From Mobula hypostoma (lineage: Eukaryota), in the NCBI RefSeq assembly GCF_963921235.1, contig NC_086107.1, forward strand, positions 95,606,001-95,670,000: DNA of 64,000 bases, read 5' to 3'. Position numbers and translations under genes: made by a program. The notes beneath the pieces were generated by a model, which did not search any database, was not told the origin of the DNA, and saw only the letters and a program-made list of their open reading frames with translations. Shown piece by piece: positions 39,112 through 53,224 of this stretch (positions are counted from its first letter, which is position 1; every line of letters starts with the position of its first letter).

Positions 39112-39228
39112 TTAAAGAATTATGCACTTCTTCTTTGAAGGCTTTTTCTTCCTTTTACCATTTTTGCTGATCTTCTCCTTGTATTTACGAATTTCACGCA
39201 CTAATGTATAGAATGCATCTTCCACACC
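39112..39228 (-). CDS. KRASBL: KRAS4B-like GTPase, coding exon 4B-type ([38 protein letters not shown])
   Basis: Read directly from the sequence (too short for the ORF track). Acceptor ttctaatttcag|GGT. Length 117 nt including TAA. Polybasic tail plus CaaX; total protein 188 aa. Confidence 0.96.
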   Translation of the reverse strand, partial: GVEDAFYTLVREIRKYKEKISKNGKRKKKPSKKKCIIL

Positions 39229-39904
39229 CTGAAATTAGAAGAATGTACTTGAAGTGAAGGGGAAACAAAACTCAGGAATTTCATTCTTGGTGACCAGAAA
39301 AGCGCACATACAGTACCGTTTTTTTTAAATGTACCTGTCTCATCCACTTCCTGTAGGAAGTCACTTCATATACTGACCACTCTGTGGGTGAAAAGCTGCC
39401 CCTCAAGTTCCTATTCAATTGCTGCCCTCTTACCTTAAACCTATGCACAACATTCCCCAGGGCCCAACCAGTGTACAAGTTCTATACTCGTTTCATTTCC
39501 CAAAGTGCAATACTTCACACTTATTTGCCAATCTTTGACCCACTCACCCAGCTGATCAAAATCTTCTATAATTTTTTAAAACCTTTACTGTCTGTGATAT
39601 CATCTATTTTAGTATCATCTGCAAACTTATGAACCATGCTTTACATTTACATTGTTTTGTTTTAAAATAAATAACAAATGAAGGTCCCAGCACCAACCCC
39701 CATGGCCTCTCCAGTCTGAGGAATAACCTTCGGCCCTCACTCTCTGCTTCCTACCATTTAGCCATTTCAGGCCCTCCTTTGGTAGAGGTCGACCATGGAT
39801 GTTGCGTTCTAGCTGTCAATGTGATACATAAGCCAGGGCAGTATAATATTGAGGGGAAGCTATTGCCCATGAAACAGTTTGGTACCAGTGGCATCGCAGG
39901 AGTT

Positions 39905-42166
39905 AGAAACATAGAAAATAGGTGCAGGAGTAGGCCATTCGGCCCTTTGAGCCTGCACTGCCATTCAGTATGATCATGGCTGATCATCCAACTCAGAACC
40001 CTGTACCAGCCTTCCCCCCATACCCCCTGATCCCTTTAGCCACAAGGGCCATATCTAACTCTCTCTTAAATATAGCCAATGAACTGGCCTCAACTGTTTC
40101 CTGTGGCAGAGAATTCCACAGATTCACCACTCTCTGTGTGAAGAAGTTTTTCCTAATCTCGGTCCTAAAAGGCTTCCCCTTTATCCTCAAACCGTGACCC
40201 CTCGTCCTGGACTTACCCAACATCGGGAACAATCTTCCTGCATCTAGCCTGTCCAATCCCTTTAGGATTTTATACGTTTCAATAAGATCCCCCCTCAATC
40301 TTCTAAATTCAAACGAGTATAAGCCTAGTCGATCCAGTCTTTCATCATATGAAAGTCCTGCCATCCCCAGGAATCAATCTGGTGAACCTTCTTTGTACTC
40401 CCTCTATGGCAAGAATGTCTTTCCTCAGATTAGGGGACCAAAACTGCACACAATACTCCAGGTGTGGTCTCACCAAGGCCTTGTACAATTGCAGTAGTAC
40501 CTCCCTGCTCTTGTACTCGAATCCTCTTGCTATGACTGCCAGCATACCATTCGCCTTTTTCACCGCCTGCTGTACCTGCATGCCCACTTTCAATGACTGG
40601 TGTATAATGACACCCAGGTCTCGTTGCACCTCCCCTTTTCCTAATCAGCCACCATTCAAATAATAATCTGTTTTCCTGTTTTTGCCACCAAAGTGGATAA
40701 CCTCACATTTATCCACATTAAATTGCATCTGCCATGAATTTGCCCACTCACCTAACCTATCCAAGTCACCCTGCATCCTCTTAGCATCCTCCTCACAGCT
40801 AACACTGCCGCCCAGCTTTGTGTCATCCGCAAACTTGGAGATGCTGCATTTAATTCCCTCATCCAAGTCATTAATATATATTGTAAACAACTGGGGTCCC
40901 AGCACTGAGCCTTGCGGTACCCCACTCGTCACCGCCTGCCATTCTGAAAAGGTCCCGTTTATTCCCACTCTTTGCTTCCTGTCTGCTAACCAATTCTCCA
41001 TCACATCAATACCATTCCCCCAATACCGTGTGCTTTAAGTTTGCACACTAATCTCCTGTGTGGGACCTTGTCAAAAGCCTTTTGAAAATCCAAATATACC
41101 ACATCCACTGGTTCTCCCCTAACCACTCTACTAGTTACATCCTCAAAAAATTCTATGAGATTCATCAGATTTTCCTTTCACAAATCCATGCTGACTTTGT
41201 CCGATGATTTCACCACTTTCCAGATGTGCTGTTATCACATCTTTGATAACTGACTCTAGCATTTTCCCCACCACCGATGTTAGGCTTAACCCGTCTATAA
41301 TTCCCCGGTTTCTCTCTCTCTCCTTTTTTAAAAAGTGGGGTTACATTAGCCACCCTCCAATCCTCAGAATCCCTTCAATTTACCTAACACCACTTCCCTA
41401 CTAACATGCATTTCCCTCAGTTCCTCCATCTCACTAGACCCTCTGTCCCCTACTATTTCCGGAAGATTATTTATGTCCTGCTTAGTGAAGACAGAACTAA
41501 AGTAGTTATTCAATTGGTCTGCCATGTCCTTGCTCCCCATAATCAATTCACCTGTTTCTGTCTGTAGGGGACCTACGTTTGTCTTAACCAATCTTTTTCT
41601 TTTCACATATCTATAAAAGCTTTTACAGTCAGTTTTTATGTTCCCTGCCAGTTTTCTCTCATAATCTTTTTTCCCTTTCCTAATTAAGCCCTTTGTCCTC
41701 CTCTGCTGGACTCTGAATTTCTCCCAGTCCTCAGGTGAGCTACTTTTTCTGGCTAATTTGTATGCTTCTTCTTTGGAATTGATACTATCCCTAATTACCC
41801 TTGTCAGCCACGGGTGCACTACCTTCCCTGATTTATTCTTTTGCCAAACTGGGATGAACAATTGTTGTAGTTTATCCATGCGATCTTTAAATGCTTGCCA
41901 TTGCATATCCACCGTCAACCCTTTAAGTGTCATTTGCCAGTCTATCTTAGCTAATTCATGTCTCATACCTTCAAAGTTACCCCTCTTTAAGTTCAGAACC
42001 TTTGTTTCTGAATTAACTATGTCACTCTCCATCTTAATGGAGAATTCCACCATATTATGGTCACTCTTACCCAAGGGGCCTCTCATGACAAGATTGCTAA
42101 TTAACCCTTCCTCATTGCTCAATACCCAGTCTAGAATAGCCTGCTCTGTAGTTGGTTCCTCGACAT
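39905..42166 (-). mobile_element. 5'-truncated young CR1 LINE in RAS intron 3
   Basis: ORF2 pieces KSDHN, GVPQGSVLGP, FADD and RPHLEYCVQFW. TTTCTATG-type tail at 39905. Internal deletion near 41364. Confidence 0.93.
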
Positions 42167-45100
42167 GTTGCCAGTGTTAAATTCAATGTAGGTTGGCCTT
42201 TTGGATTCCAGCTCTGGATTTATCCTTAGGATTTACTCCCGAAACTTTCCAATGAGTTGCTATAGCTGCAAGGCAGCAGAGGTTTGAGATCAGAGTTTTC
42301 CTTCTCTTACTGAGCTGCCAACCACAGTTGACAAGCCCCATTTGCTCAAAGCAACTGGTTTTAAGGTATCAGTAATCTGCCTTTGCCCCTTCTGTCAGTA
42401 GAAACTGTTCCACCAGGCTTAGTAGCTAAGCCACACATTAAAGTCGGGAGCTGGACTTAGTTGTCAGAGGCTATTTGAGGCGCACGCCATTGGGAGTATT
42501 TAATAAGTAGTGGGAACTTATCCCCACCAACACCCCTCCTATAACAACCATAAGGAACTATTAGGCCATTTATGAATCCAATTAGCTAGCTCTCCCTGGA
42601 TCCCATGCAATCTAACCTTTTGAACTAGCCTGCCATGAGAGACCTTGTCAAAAGCCTTTCTAGAGTGCATTTAGATAACAGCAACTGTCCTACCCTCATC
42701 TATCCTGCTTGTTACCTTTTATAAAATTTAAGGGATTGTCAGACATGATTTCCCTAATTAGACCTTGGTCTATCTAAATGCTGGTAGTTCCTGTCCCTGA
42801 GAATCACTTCCTGTAACTTAGCCACACTGATGTCAGGCTCACCAACCTGGAAGTACAAGGGAGGATCCATTGAAACCTACTGAATACTAAGGACTGGACA
42901 GAGTGGACGTGGAGAGCATATTTCCATCAGTAGGCGATTCTCGGATCTGAGAACAGATCCTCAGAATAAAAGGGGGTGCTTTTAAAAACAGAGATGAGAA
43001 GGAATTCTTAAGCCAAAGCGTGATGAATCTGTGGAATTTATTGCCTTAAGAGGGCTATGGAGGCCAAATCATTGGATGTATTTAAGGCAAAGATTGATAG
43101 TTTCTTGATTGGCAAAATGGTTAAAGGTTACAGGGAGAAGCTAGAACAGGGTTGAAAAAAGTATCTGCAATGACAGAATGGTGGAGCAGAGTTGAATGAC
43201 CTAATTTTGGCCTATGTCCTATCTATACCCTTCCTAATTTAATACACCTCAGCTCCCTACATTCCAGTGAGACAAAGCCCAGCCTATCGAATCTCATCTC
43301 ATCACTTCAGCCCTCTATTCTAGGAAGGATCCTGGTGAATCTCTTCTGCACTCCCTCTATTCCTCCTACATCCCCCTAAAGTGTGGGGGCCAGAACTGGG
43401 ACCTCTGTTGTTGATGTACTTCAATGATTTGGATGAAAATGTAGATGGGTGGATAGCAAGTTTGCAGGTTACACCAAGATTGGAAGATCTGTGGTAAGCA
43501 TGAGGGACTGTCAAAGAATACAGCAGGATATGGATCAGTTACAGATCAGAGCAGCCTTAGGAATATTTTGTACGGCTGCAACATGACATCCCAACTTGCA
43601 GATTCAGTGCCTCTGCCTATAAAGTCCAGCATAGCAAATGCCTTTTTTAATACCTTAATTCACCTATATCCCACTTTCAGGGTCCTATGGGTTTGTGCTT
43701 TCTTAATATAAAGGACTTGAATGGGGTGGGATTTCTTCAGTGAATGAATCCAAGAGGTATTCTTGAAACTGGACAGTCAAACTAGAGGAAGGAATATAGT
43801 GGACCTAGTTTCAGGAAATAAGCCAGGCTGGTAACAGATCTGATAGTGGGGTGAATATTTAGGGCACAACTCTTTAGTCGTTTTAAGATGGGCATAGGTA
43901 AGGATAAAAATGGATTTTGCAGGATGGTACTAAATTGGGGACAGTAAATCACGACAGGATGAAATAGGAGCTACTGGCATTGATTGCCAGCAGTTGCTGT
44001 TGGACAAGTCCATGTCTAACATGTGGGAGTTATTTAAAGATTAGCTGATTAGAGTTCATGATCAACATGTTCCAGAAGGGCAAGGATGGCCTTGGACGAC
44101 TTAAGAGGTTTTAAGTTTAGTCAGGAAGGAAAAGGAAGCATATGCAAGGCTTAGGAAGCTAAAATCAGACTGGGCCTTGTAGCTTTACGTTCCTCGGCAT
44201 CCACGTCACCGAGGATCTCATGTGGTCTGTACACACCAACTGTGTGGTGAAAAACACAACAGTGCCTCTTTCACCTCAGACAGTTGAGGAAGTTTGGTAT
44301 GGGCTCCCAAATCCTAAGAACTTTCTACAGGGGCACAATTGGGAGCATTCTAACTGGCTGTATCACTGCCTGGTATGGGAACTGTACTTCCCTTAATCGC
44401 AGGATTCTGCAGAATGGTACGTACAGCCCAGTGCATCTGTAGTTGTGAACTTCCTATGATTCAGGATATTTACAAAGACAGATGTGAGAAAAAGGCCCGA
44501 AGGTTCATTGGGGACCCGAGTCACCCTAATCACAATGTATTCCAGCTACTACCATCCAGGAAACGATGCTGCAGCATAAAAGCCAGGACCACCAAGCTCC
44601 ACATCAGCTTCTTCCACCAGGCCATCAGACTGATGAACTCACACTGATTAGAGTGTATTTCTTTTACATTGACTGTTCTATTTTTTAGAAATTATTATAA
44701 ATTACTATAATTGCACATTTAGGAGACATAACGTAAAGATTTTTACTCATGTATGTGAAGGATGCAAGAAATAAAGTCAATTAAATTAAATTCAATTTAA
44801 TATAAAGATAACAGGAAAGCGCTCAACCAGGCAATTAGCAAGGCCAAAAGGGACCATAAAATGCCCTGGCAGCCAGGGTCAAGGAGAATCCCAAGGCATT
44901 TAACAAAGAGAGGATATCTAAGATCTACTCATGGATAAAGGAGAGAATTTGCATTTGGTATTTTGTATCAGTATTTACTGAGAAAGATTGGAGGGTAGTG
45001 AAAATGGTGCAGAGCAAGCTAATGTGCTGGGAAATTTTGAGATTGAGGAGGTAGTGCTTGGTCTTCTGAAAAACATTAATGTAGACAAGTCCCCAGGGCC

Positions 45101-46409
45101 TGATGCTATATATCCCAGAAAGTAGTAAGTGAGGAGATTGCTGTGGCTTTGACAAAGATCTTTGTTTCTTCACTAAGCAACAGGCGAGGTCCCAGAGGAC
45201 TGGATTGTAGCAAATGTTATGCCGATGTTCAAGGAGGAAAATAGGGATAATTCAGATAATTATAGGTCAGTGAGCCTCACATCAGTGGTAGGGAAGCTAC
45301 TGGAGAGGATACTGAGAGACAGAATTTACACACATTTGGAAAGGCATGAACTGCATAGGGACAGCGAGCATCACTTTGTGCGGGGAAGGTCTTGTCTTAC
45401 AAACCTGAAAGAGTGAGAGGAAAGCTTAGTGAGGGTAAGGCCAAGGACATCATCTACATGGAGTTTAGTAAGGCATTTGATATGGCTCCTCATGGTAAGT
45501 TGATTCAGTAGATAAAGATGCCTGGGAGCCAGGTGAATTGCAAGTTTGGACTCAGAACTGGCTTGCGTACAGAGTAAGGGTGGAAGGTTGTTATTCTCAC
45601 TGGAGGTCTGTAGCCGTTGATATTCCGCAAGGATCTCTATTATTTGTGACGTGCGTCAATGATTTGGATGAAAATGTGGTTGGGTGGATAGCAAATCTGC
45701 AGCTCACACCAAGATTGGAGGAGTTGTGATAAGCATGAGGGACTGTGAAAGAATACGGCAGGATATGGATCAGTTACAGATATGGGCAGGGAAGTATAAA
45801 TCTGCATTAAAGTCAACACGACATCAAGTGTCCTGTCCAGTGCTGCACTAATTCTATGCATCTTAATATATCAAAGTTCCTGTTATTTACTGTACATGTC
45901 CCAACAGAATCTGACTGCCCAAAAGGGAATTGCTTTTGACTTGTCCACATTAAAAATCAGTATTATGAAAGAGGATGAACTAGCAGTCCTGAGGTGTAAA
46001 AAATGGATGAATCTGCAGGACATATCAAGCATATCCGAGGATGTTGTGGGAAACTAGAAGAAATAGCCAGCAGAGATCTTTGTATCTTTCTCGATAGATG
46101 TATCTCCATGGCGAGGAAGATACAAGACTGGAGGATGTCAAATGTGCCTTTATTTAAGGACAGTTGCATGGACAAGCCAGGGAAGTACAGGTCTGTGAGC
46201 CTGATATCAATCGTGGGAAAGTTACTGGAGAAAATTCTGAGACACAGAATCTACCTGCATTTGAAAAGGCAGGGACAGATGAGTTTTGTATGTGGGGAAT
46301 CATGTCTCACTGATTAGATCAACTTTTTGTTTCGAAGAGGTGACCAAGAGGATTGATGAGAGCAGAGCAGTGGATATTGTCTATTTTAACTTTACCTAGG
46401 TCCCAAATT

Positions 46410-47315
46410 CTGTCTTGTCTCCCTTTCTCTTCACCATTTACACCTCGGACTTCAACTACTGCACAGAGTCTTGTCATCTTCAGAAGTTTTCTGATGACTC
46501 TGCCATAGTTGGATGCATCAGCAAGGGAGATGAGTACAGGGCTACAGTAGGAAACTTTGTCACATGGTGTGAGCAGAATTATCTGCAGCTTAATGTGAAA
46601 AAGACTAAGGAGCTGGCGGTAGACCTGAGGAGAGCTAAAGCACCGGTGACCCCTGTTTCCATCCAGGGGGTCAGAGTGGACATGGTGGAGGATTACAAAT
46701 ACCTGGGGTTACGAATTGACAATAAACTGGACTGGTCAAAGAACACTGAGGCTGTCTACAAGAAGGGTCAGAGCCATCTCTATTTCCTGAGGAGACCGAG
46801 GTCCTTTAACATCTGCCGGACGATGCTGAGGATGTTCTATGAGTCTGTGGTGGCCAGTGCCATCATGTTTGCTGTTGTGTGCTGGGGCAGCAGGCACTAA
46901 CAGAATCAAGAAACTCATTCATAAGGCCGGTGATGTTGTGGGGATGGAACTGGACTCTCTGACGGTGGTGTCTGAAAAGAGTATGCTGTCCGAGTTGCAT
47001 GCCATCTTGGACAATGTCTCCCATCTACTACATAATGTACTGGTTGGGCACAGGAGTACATTCAGCCAGAGACTCATTCCACCAAGATGCAACACAGAGC
47101 GTCATAGGAGGTCATTCCTGCCTGTGGCCATTAAACTTTACAACTCCTGCCTTGGAGGGTCAGACATCCTGAGCCAATAGGCTGGTCCTGGACTTATTTC
47201 CTGGCATAGTTTACATATTACTATTTATTTATGGTTTTATTACTATTTTTTATTTATGGTGCAACTGTAACGAAAACCAATTTCCCCCAGGATCAATAAA
47301 GTATGACTATGACTA
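46410..47315 (+). mobile_element. Rex1/Babar-type LINE 3' fragment
   Basis: SPFLFTIYTSD...QKFSDDSAIVG...LNVKKTKEL...YKYLG RT motifs. Tail AATAAAGT(ATGACT)n. Confidence 0.85.
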
Positions 47316-48413
47316 AATTGGGTTGGGGGGGGCGCTGCTGGTGTAGAAGGTGAGATCACACAAGACCCAGGGTGAGTTAGCCAACTGGATACAAAATTGG
47401 CTTGGTGGAAGGAGTCAGAGTTGTTTATCATATTGGAAGCCTGTAGCCACAGGGGTCAGTGCTTTACCCCTGTTGATTAACACGTTAATATCAATAACTC
47501 GCATGAGAACATAGATGGCATGATGAGTGGTGTGCCTCGGGTCGGAGCTGAGCCCACTGCTGTTTGTCATCTATATCAACAATTTTGATGGGAATGTTCA
47601 AGGAATAGTTAGTAGATTTGCAGATGACACCAGAGTTGGTTATGTAGAGGGGAGTGAAGAAGATTGTCTCTGGATCTAGATTAACTGTGAACCTGAGCAA
47701 AGGAATGATAGATGAAATTTAACTCAGACACGTGCAGTGATGCATTTTAAGAAGAGAAACCGGTGCAGGACAGGTACCGAGAATGACTAGGCCCTGGGAA
47801 ACAATGTCAAACACAGACATAGGGATGCAAGTAGATAGTTCCCCAAGAGACAACGTGGTGAAGGTGCATTGCTTGCTTTTGTTGGATGGAGCATTGTGTA
47901 TAAGAGTTGGCATGCCATATTACAGCTATACAAAAAGGTTGCCAGGACCATAGCTGGAACACTGAATGCAATTCTGATCGCCATACTATAAAAAGGGTGT
48001 GATGAAGCTAGAGAGGGTGTTGGAAAGATCAACAAGGACTGAAATGGAACAAGCTGTAAAAGGAAGTGGTTGAAGTAGGTACATTAACAATATTTAAAAT
48101 ACAGTTAACAGGTACATGGATAGGAAAAGTTCAAAGTGACGTGGGCCATATGAGGGCAAAAGGGACCAGCATGGACCAGTTGGGCTGAAGGGCCTGTTTC
48201 CATGCTGAATGGCCATGTCAGGAACTGAAGCATAGGTTGAACTAACCACAAGTGTTTCTGCAAATGTTGAAAATCTTGAGCAACACATACAAAATGCTGG
48301 AGGAACTTAGCAGGTTGAGTAACAAGTTCTTTTTCCTTCTTTCACAAACACTAATAGCTGTACACGACCTTCCAATCTATTCTCTTCTCATTCCTTTAAA
48401 GGTAGCCTTATAC

Positions 48414-48573
48414 CTGTCTTGTTTTGGCTGATGTTTCTACGAATGGGATTCCATAACTCTTTGCCAATTGCTGGGCTTGCTTTGTGTCCACAGTGCGTGA
48501 TGGAAGGTCACACTTGTTTCCAACCAGTACCATGGGAACGTCATCAGAGTCTTTAACACGATTAATCTGTTCC
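48414..48573 (-). CDS. KRASBL: KRAS4B-like GTPase, coding exon 3 (aa 97-150, [23 protein letters not shown]...ETSAKTRQ)
   Basis: Acceptor atttcag|G and donor CAG|GTATAA. Length 160 nt. NKCD and SAK motifs present. Phase matches exon 2. Confidence 0.97.
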
Positions 48574-49892
48574 CTGAAATGACATAGAAGAAAGTGAAGA
48601 TCGATTTCCACCTCTTGTCCCATCTTAAAGCTGAATTTTCCCATTCCCAATGCGTAGGGTAAAATCCGTACAGTAGTACCACATCACTAGGCACCTCAGA
48701 GAGAGTCAGGAGGTGGTGCAAAGACCAAAAAGTTGCAGATGTTACATCCAAGCTTAAAAAAGATGCATGAATAAACAGAGCCACCAGTTAAATCCAGTGC
48801 TGCTGAAGTTCCAAAACCAAGTATCAGAGTCAGAATCACAGCCAATTGCACAAGTGATTGTTTAGAGAAAAACATTTATTTGTTAACAGTAAATGTGTTT
48901 TCAAAGAAGAAAATATGCTACATAAAGTATAAACCTCCAAAGAGGTATCTTATGAAGGTCCACAAAATTGATTGCCACAGATGAGGGTGTGGTTATAGTG
49001 GTATGGGTAGTCAATTGGTTAAGTAACACGAGTCATGGCAACTGGTAATTTTCTTTAAACTGAACCGCAGTAAGGGATTAGGATCTGCAATCTATCTTCC
49101 AGGCATAATGGGTTGATGCCTGCAGGTTGGAGAGGAGTCTTAAATGGCTTCCTACGGTCAAACAGGAGATAGTACAGAACAATAAATGTGTCCTTGCTAG
49201 TGTAAAAATAAACTGATTAAAGCTGTGCAATGAATAAACACAATAAACAGGGGGCCCAAACTCTCCATGCTGATCAAGCTGCCTGAGCTCATCCCACTTG
49301 CCCACATTTGACCCGTATCCCTCTAAACCTTTCTTATCCACATCCTTTTAAATGTGCCTTTTAATGTGCTGTAAATGTAACTGGCTCAACCACCTCCTCT
49401 GATAGATAGATAGGCATTTCATTGATCCCAAAGGAAATTACAGTGACACAGTAGTATTACAAGTGAACAGAATTAAATATTAGGAGAGAAGTAGAAAGAA
49501 TAAAAACAAGTACCACAAACAGTCTAACAGGACGAGGGTCATCACTTCCCTGATAGTGATAGCAGCCCATTCCACATTTCCATCACGTTCTGTGTGGTTC
49601 TCATGTCCCATCTCCCTCTCACCTTAAACCTACCCTTCTACTTTTCAACTCCTTTCTTCTGTGAAAAGACTGTGGCTTTTTTCCTTGCATGTCACTCATG
49701 AAGTTACATAGTTCTACGAAGTCACTCCTCAGGCTCATGCTCCAGGAAATAAAGTCCCAGCTATCCAACCTCTCCTTTTAACTCAAACCCTCCAGTCCCA
49801 GTAACAACTTTGTCAATATTTTTGTATTTTTTGTGGACTTTAACATCCTTCCTATAGCAAGGTAACTAGAACTGTGCACAGTCCTCCAAAGC

Positions 49893-51197
49893 AAAACACG
49901 CAAAATGGTGGAGGAACTCAGCCGGTCAGGCAGCGCCTATGGAAAGGAATAAACAGTCAATATTTCAGGCCGAGACTCTTCCTCAGGACTGAAAAAAAAT
50001 GAGAAGTCAGAGCAAGGTGGAGGGAGGTGTGGAAGAAACAAGGTGGCAGGTGATACGTGAAACTGGGAAGGGGGGGGAATGAAGTAAAGAGCTGGGAAGT
50101 TGATTGGTGAATGAGATAAAGGGCTGGAGAGGGGGGAATCTGACAGGAGAGGGTAGATCATGGAAGAAGAGGAAGGAGAAGGAGCACCAGAGGAAGGTGA
50201 TGGGTAGGCATGGAGGTAGGAGAGAAGGAAACAGGAATGGAGAATGGTGAGGGGAGGGTGGGAACTACCAGAAGATTGTGACATTGATGTTCATGCCATC
50301 AGGTTCAAGGCTACCCAGACAGAATATAAGCTGTTGTTACTTCAACCCAAGTGTGGCCTCATCACAGTAGTAGAGACGGCCGTGGACTAAGATGTCAGAA
50401 TAGGAATGGGAAGTAGAATTGAAATGGATGGCTACTGGGAGATCCCGCTTTTTCTGGCAGTTGGAGCGTAGTTGCTCAGTGAAGCAGCCTCCCAGTCTAC
50501 GTCGGGTATCACCAACATACAGGAAGCCACACTGGGAGCACAGAGTACAGTAGATGACCCCAAAAGCCTCACAGATAAAGTGTCACCTCACCTGATTAGA
50601 GCCCTGAAAGGTAGCAAGGGTGGTGTAGGAGCAGGTATGGCACTTGTTCCACTTGCAAGGATACATGCCAGGAAGGAGATCAGTAGGGAGGGACGAGTGG
50701 ACTAGGGCATCACATAGGGAGCTATCCCTGCAGAAAGGGTTGGGGGGATGTGCTTGGTGGTGGGATCCCGATAGAGACGACAGAAGTTGGGGAGAATTAT
50801 GTGTTGGATATGGAAGCTAGTGGGGTGGTAGGTGAGGACAAGAGGATGGGGAGGGCAGACGTACACGAAATGGAAGAGATGCAGGTGAGAGCACTGTTGA
50901 TGTTGGTGGAAGGGAAGCCCCTTTCTTTGAAGGAGGACATTTCATTAGTTCTGGAATGAAAAACCTCATCCTGAGAGCAGATGTAGTCGAGACGAAGGAA
51001 CTGAGCGAAGGGGATGGCATCTTTACAAGTGGCAGTTTGGGAAGAGTTATAGCCTAGGTAGCTGTAACAAACAGTGTGTTTATAAAAGATATCAATAGAT
51101 AGACTGTCTCCAGAGATACAGAGAAAGATTGACAAAGGGAGGGAAAAGTTGGAAATGGACCAAATAAATGAGGGCACAGTGGAAGTTGGAGGCAAAA
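49893..51197 (-). mobile_element. Older Penelope-like element (ORF C-terminal half plus 3' region)
   Basis: CKDAIPFAQFLRL..ICS...F.ERGFP motif, GIY-YIG remnant and degenerate hammerhead. Confidence 0.8.
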
Positions 51198-53224
51198 TCC
51201 TCCCAGTGTGGCCTTGCCAATGTCAGGGTAACCAGAACCGTACACAGCCCTCCAGATGAGTTTTTAAATGAACCTCCAAATGTAGTCTTGTACAGCTGTA
51301 ACGGAGTTTTTTAAAATTCATGTATTCAGTACCCTGACCGATGATGGTCAGTGCGTCAAACACCTGCACCAGCCTCCGCGCTGTTTCAAGGAACCATGTA
51401 CTTGCACCCATTAGATCTGTGTACTACAACACTCCACATGCCTCTACTATTGTGCAAGTCCTGCCCTGGTTTGACACCAAAATCAACAGCTCACATTTAT
51501 CTAAATTAAACTCCATCTGCCATTCCTTAGCCCACTGGCTCAATTGATCATGGTCCCACTGCAACCTTGGATTATTGTCCACCATACCACCATTTTTAGA
51601 GACAGCCACAAACTTACTAACCACACTACTGATATTCTCTGAAGGTAAACTACCTTCCTATCAGTGATACTATGCTACTAACGAGGAAGAGGTGAAAGTA
51701 TTCAAAAGGGAAATATTTGCAAGGCTCTGGGGAAGGCATGGGCTGCTGAATTGTCTTACACGTACTGGTATTGGCTTGGTGGGCTAAATGTCATCTCAAA
51801 GTAATTCACCCATATCCCAAAAGATGGAAGTATCACTGACCAGGTCCATTCCAACTGTTCCCAGATGAACAACCTGCTCGGCCATTTGGGTTGGCCACCT
51901 TAGAGTCAAACACAACTCAGCCCAAAAAAGGATAGCAGACACCTTACCGGAAATACATTTAAAACCCATCTGGCTTACAATAACAATCCTGCAGGTACGG
52001 AGAAAAGGTGAGCAATATTGTGAAGGATCTCACCCACCCTGCTCATGGACTGCTCATCCCACTCCCGTTAGGGAGGAGGCTACGTGGCATCCATGCCAGG
52101 ACCACCAGACTCAAAAACGGTTACTTTCCCCAAGCCGTAAGACTGATCAACACCCTCACCCACTAACCCACCCCACCACTACTATATCATTGCCTAGTGT
52201 CACTTTATGGACATACAATCAATTATGTATTTATATTTGTGTTAGACTGTTATCATTGGGTTCTTTCTCTCACTGATATTTTTGTGCTGCATTGCATCGG
52301 GAGTAACGATTATCTCACTCTCCTTTACACTTGTGTACTGGAAATGAGATCAAACAGTCTTGAACCAAGTCACATGGAATCCACAGTGAGCATATAAATC
52401 GATCCAAGATTGGCTTGGCCGTAGGGGAAATGAGGGTCATGGTGGAGGGGTCGGACCTGCGGTGTTCTGCAAGGATCAGTGCTGGAAGCTGTATTGGTTT
52501 TGATGCCTTGTCTGTAAATGTGGAGTAAGCGTCTAAGAGATGTGTGGGCAATGAACAGTAGCAGAGAAGTATATTTGGAAGTTAATCCAGACACACTTCA
52601 AGTCAGTCCTGTCTAATCACTTAGTACTTAAGCAGTACCATTCAATGTTAGGGAAATTTAAAACTGCTCACTACTGCAACAGCATTGTTCCTACACCTGA
52701 AATGAGTCTACCTTCACATTTGCTTTAATTCTCACTGACTGCTGGTGGGCTTATAGTATAAATCATTAGAAGTAATCAGTTATTTCTTGTTTCTAAGTTC
52801 TACCCATACTATTGCCAATAAAATCTTCCAAGTAGTACCGTGATGTTCTCTCTAGTCAGTAGTGAACTCCTCCTCCTGCCTTTCCTCCACCTCGATCACG
52901 ACTGCAGAATGTGTACGGCAGAACACTGAGTAGACAGTACTGCTCCTCCCACAGCCAGGTTTCTGTAATAGATACTGTATCGTCCCATGGGCCGGTCCAG
53001 TCCACACACTGAGCTCATCATCAGGGTTTTGCATGCAAGTTATCACATCTTCCTCATTCCCTGACACGCCTACCAGACTGGCTTTTTCCAAACTTAATGT
53101 ATATATTTTCTTCAGCTTTCTCATCTGTTAGCATTACTACTTTAGGTTCCCACACAAGTTCAAACTCACACAGTAGCACAAGCAAGTCTCCACGCCAAGG
53201 TATTAGTTCCACTCCATTTCTGAT

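Noticed and set aside
39112..39228. KRAS-like rare-codon bias
   Set aside because: 16 of 38 codons in this exon end in G/C. Not interpretable without genome-wide codon usage.
39229..48413. KRAS exon 4A
   Set aside because: No second [16 protein letters not shown] segment was seen on the minus strand. This was a visual scan only.
48408..48650. Truncated RAS ending TRQV* or N-terminally extended exon 3
   Set aside because: ORF-caller extension across canonical splice sites.
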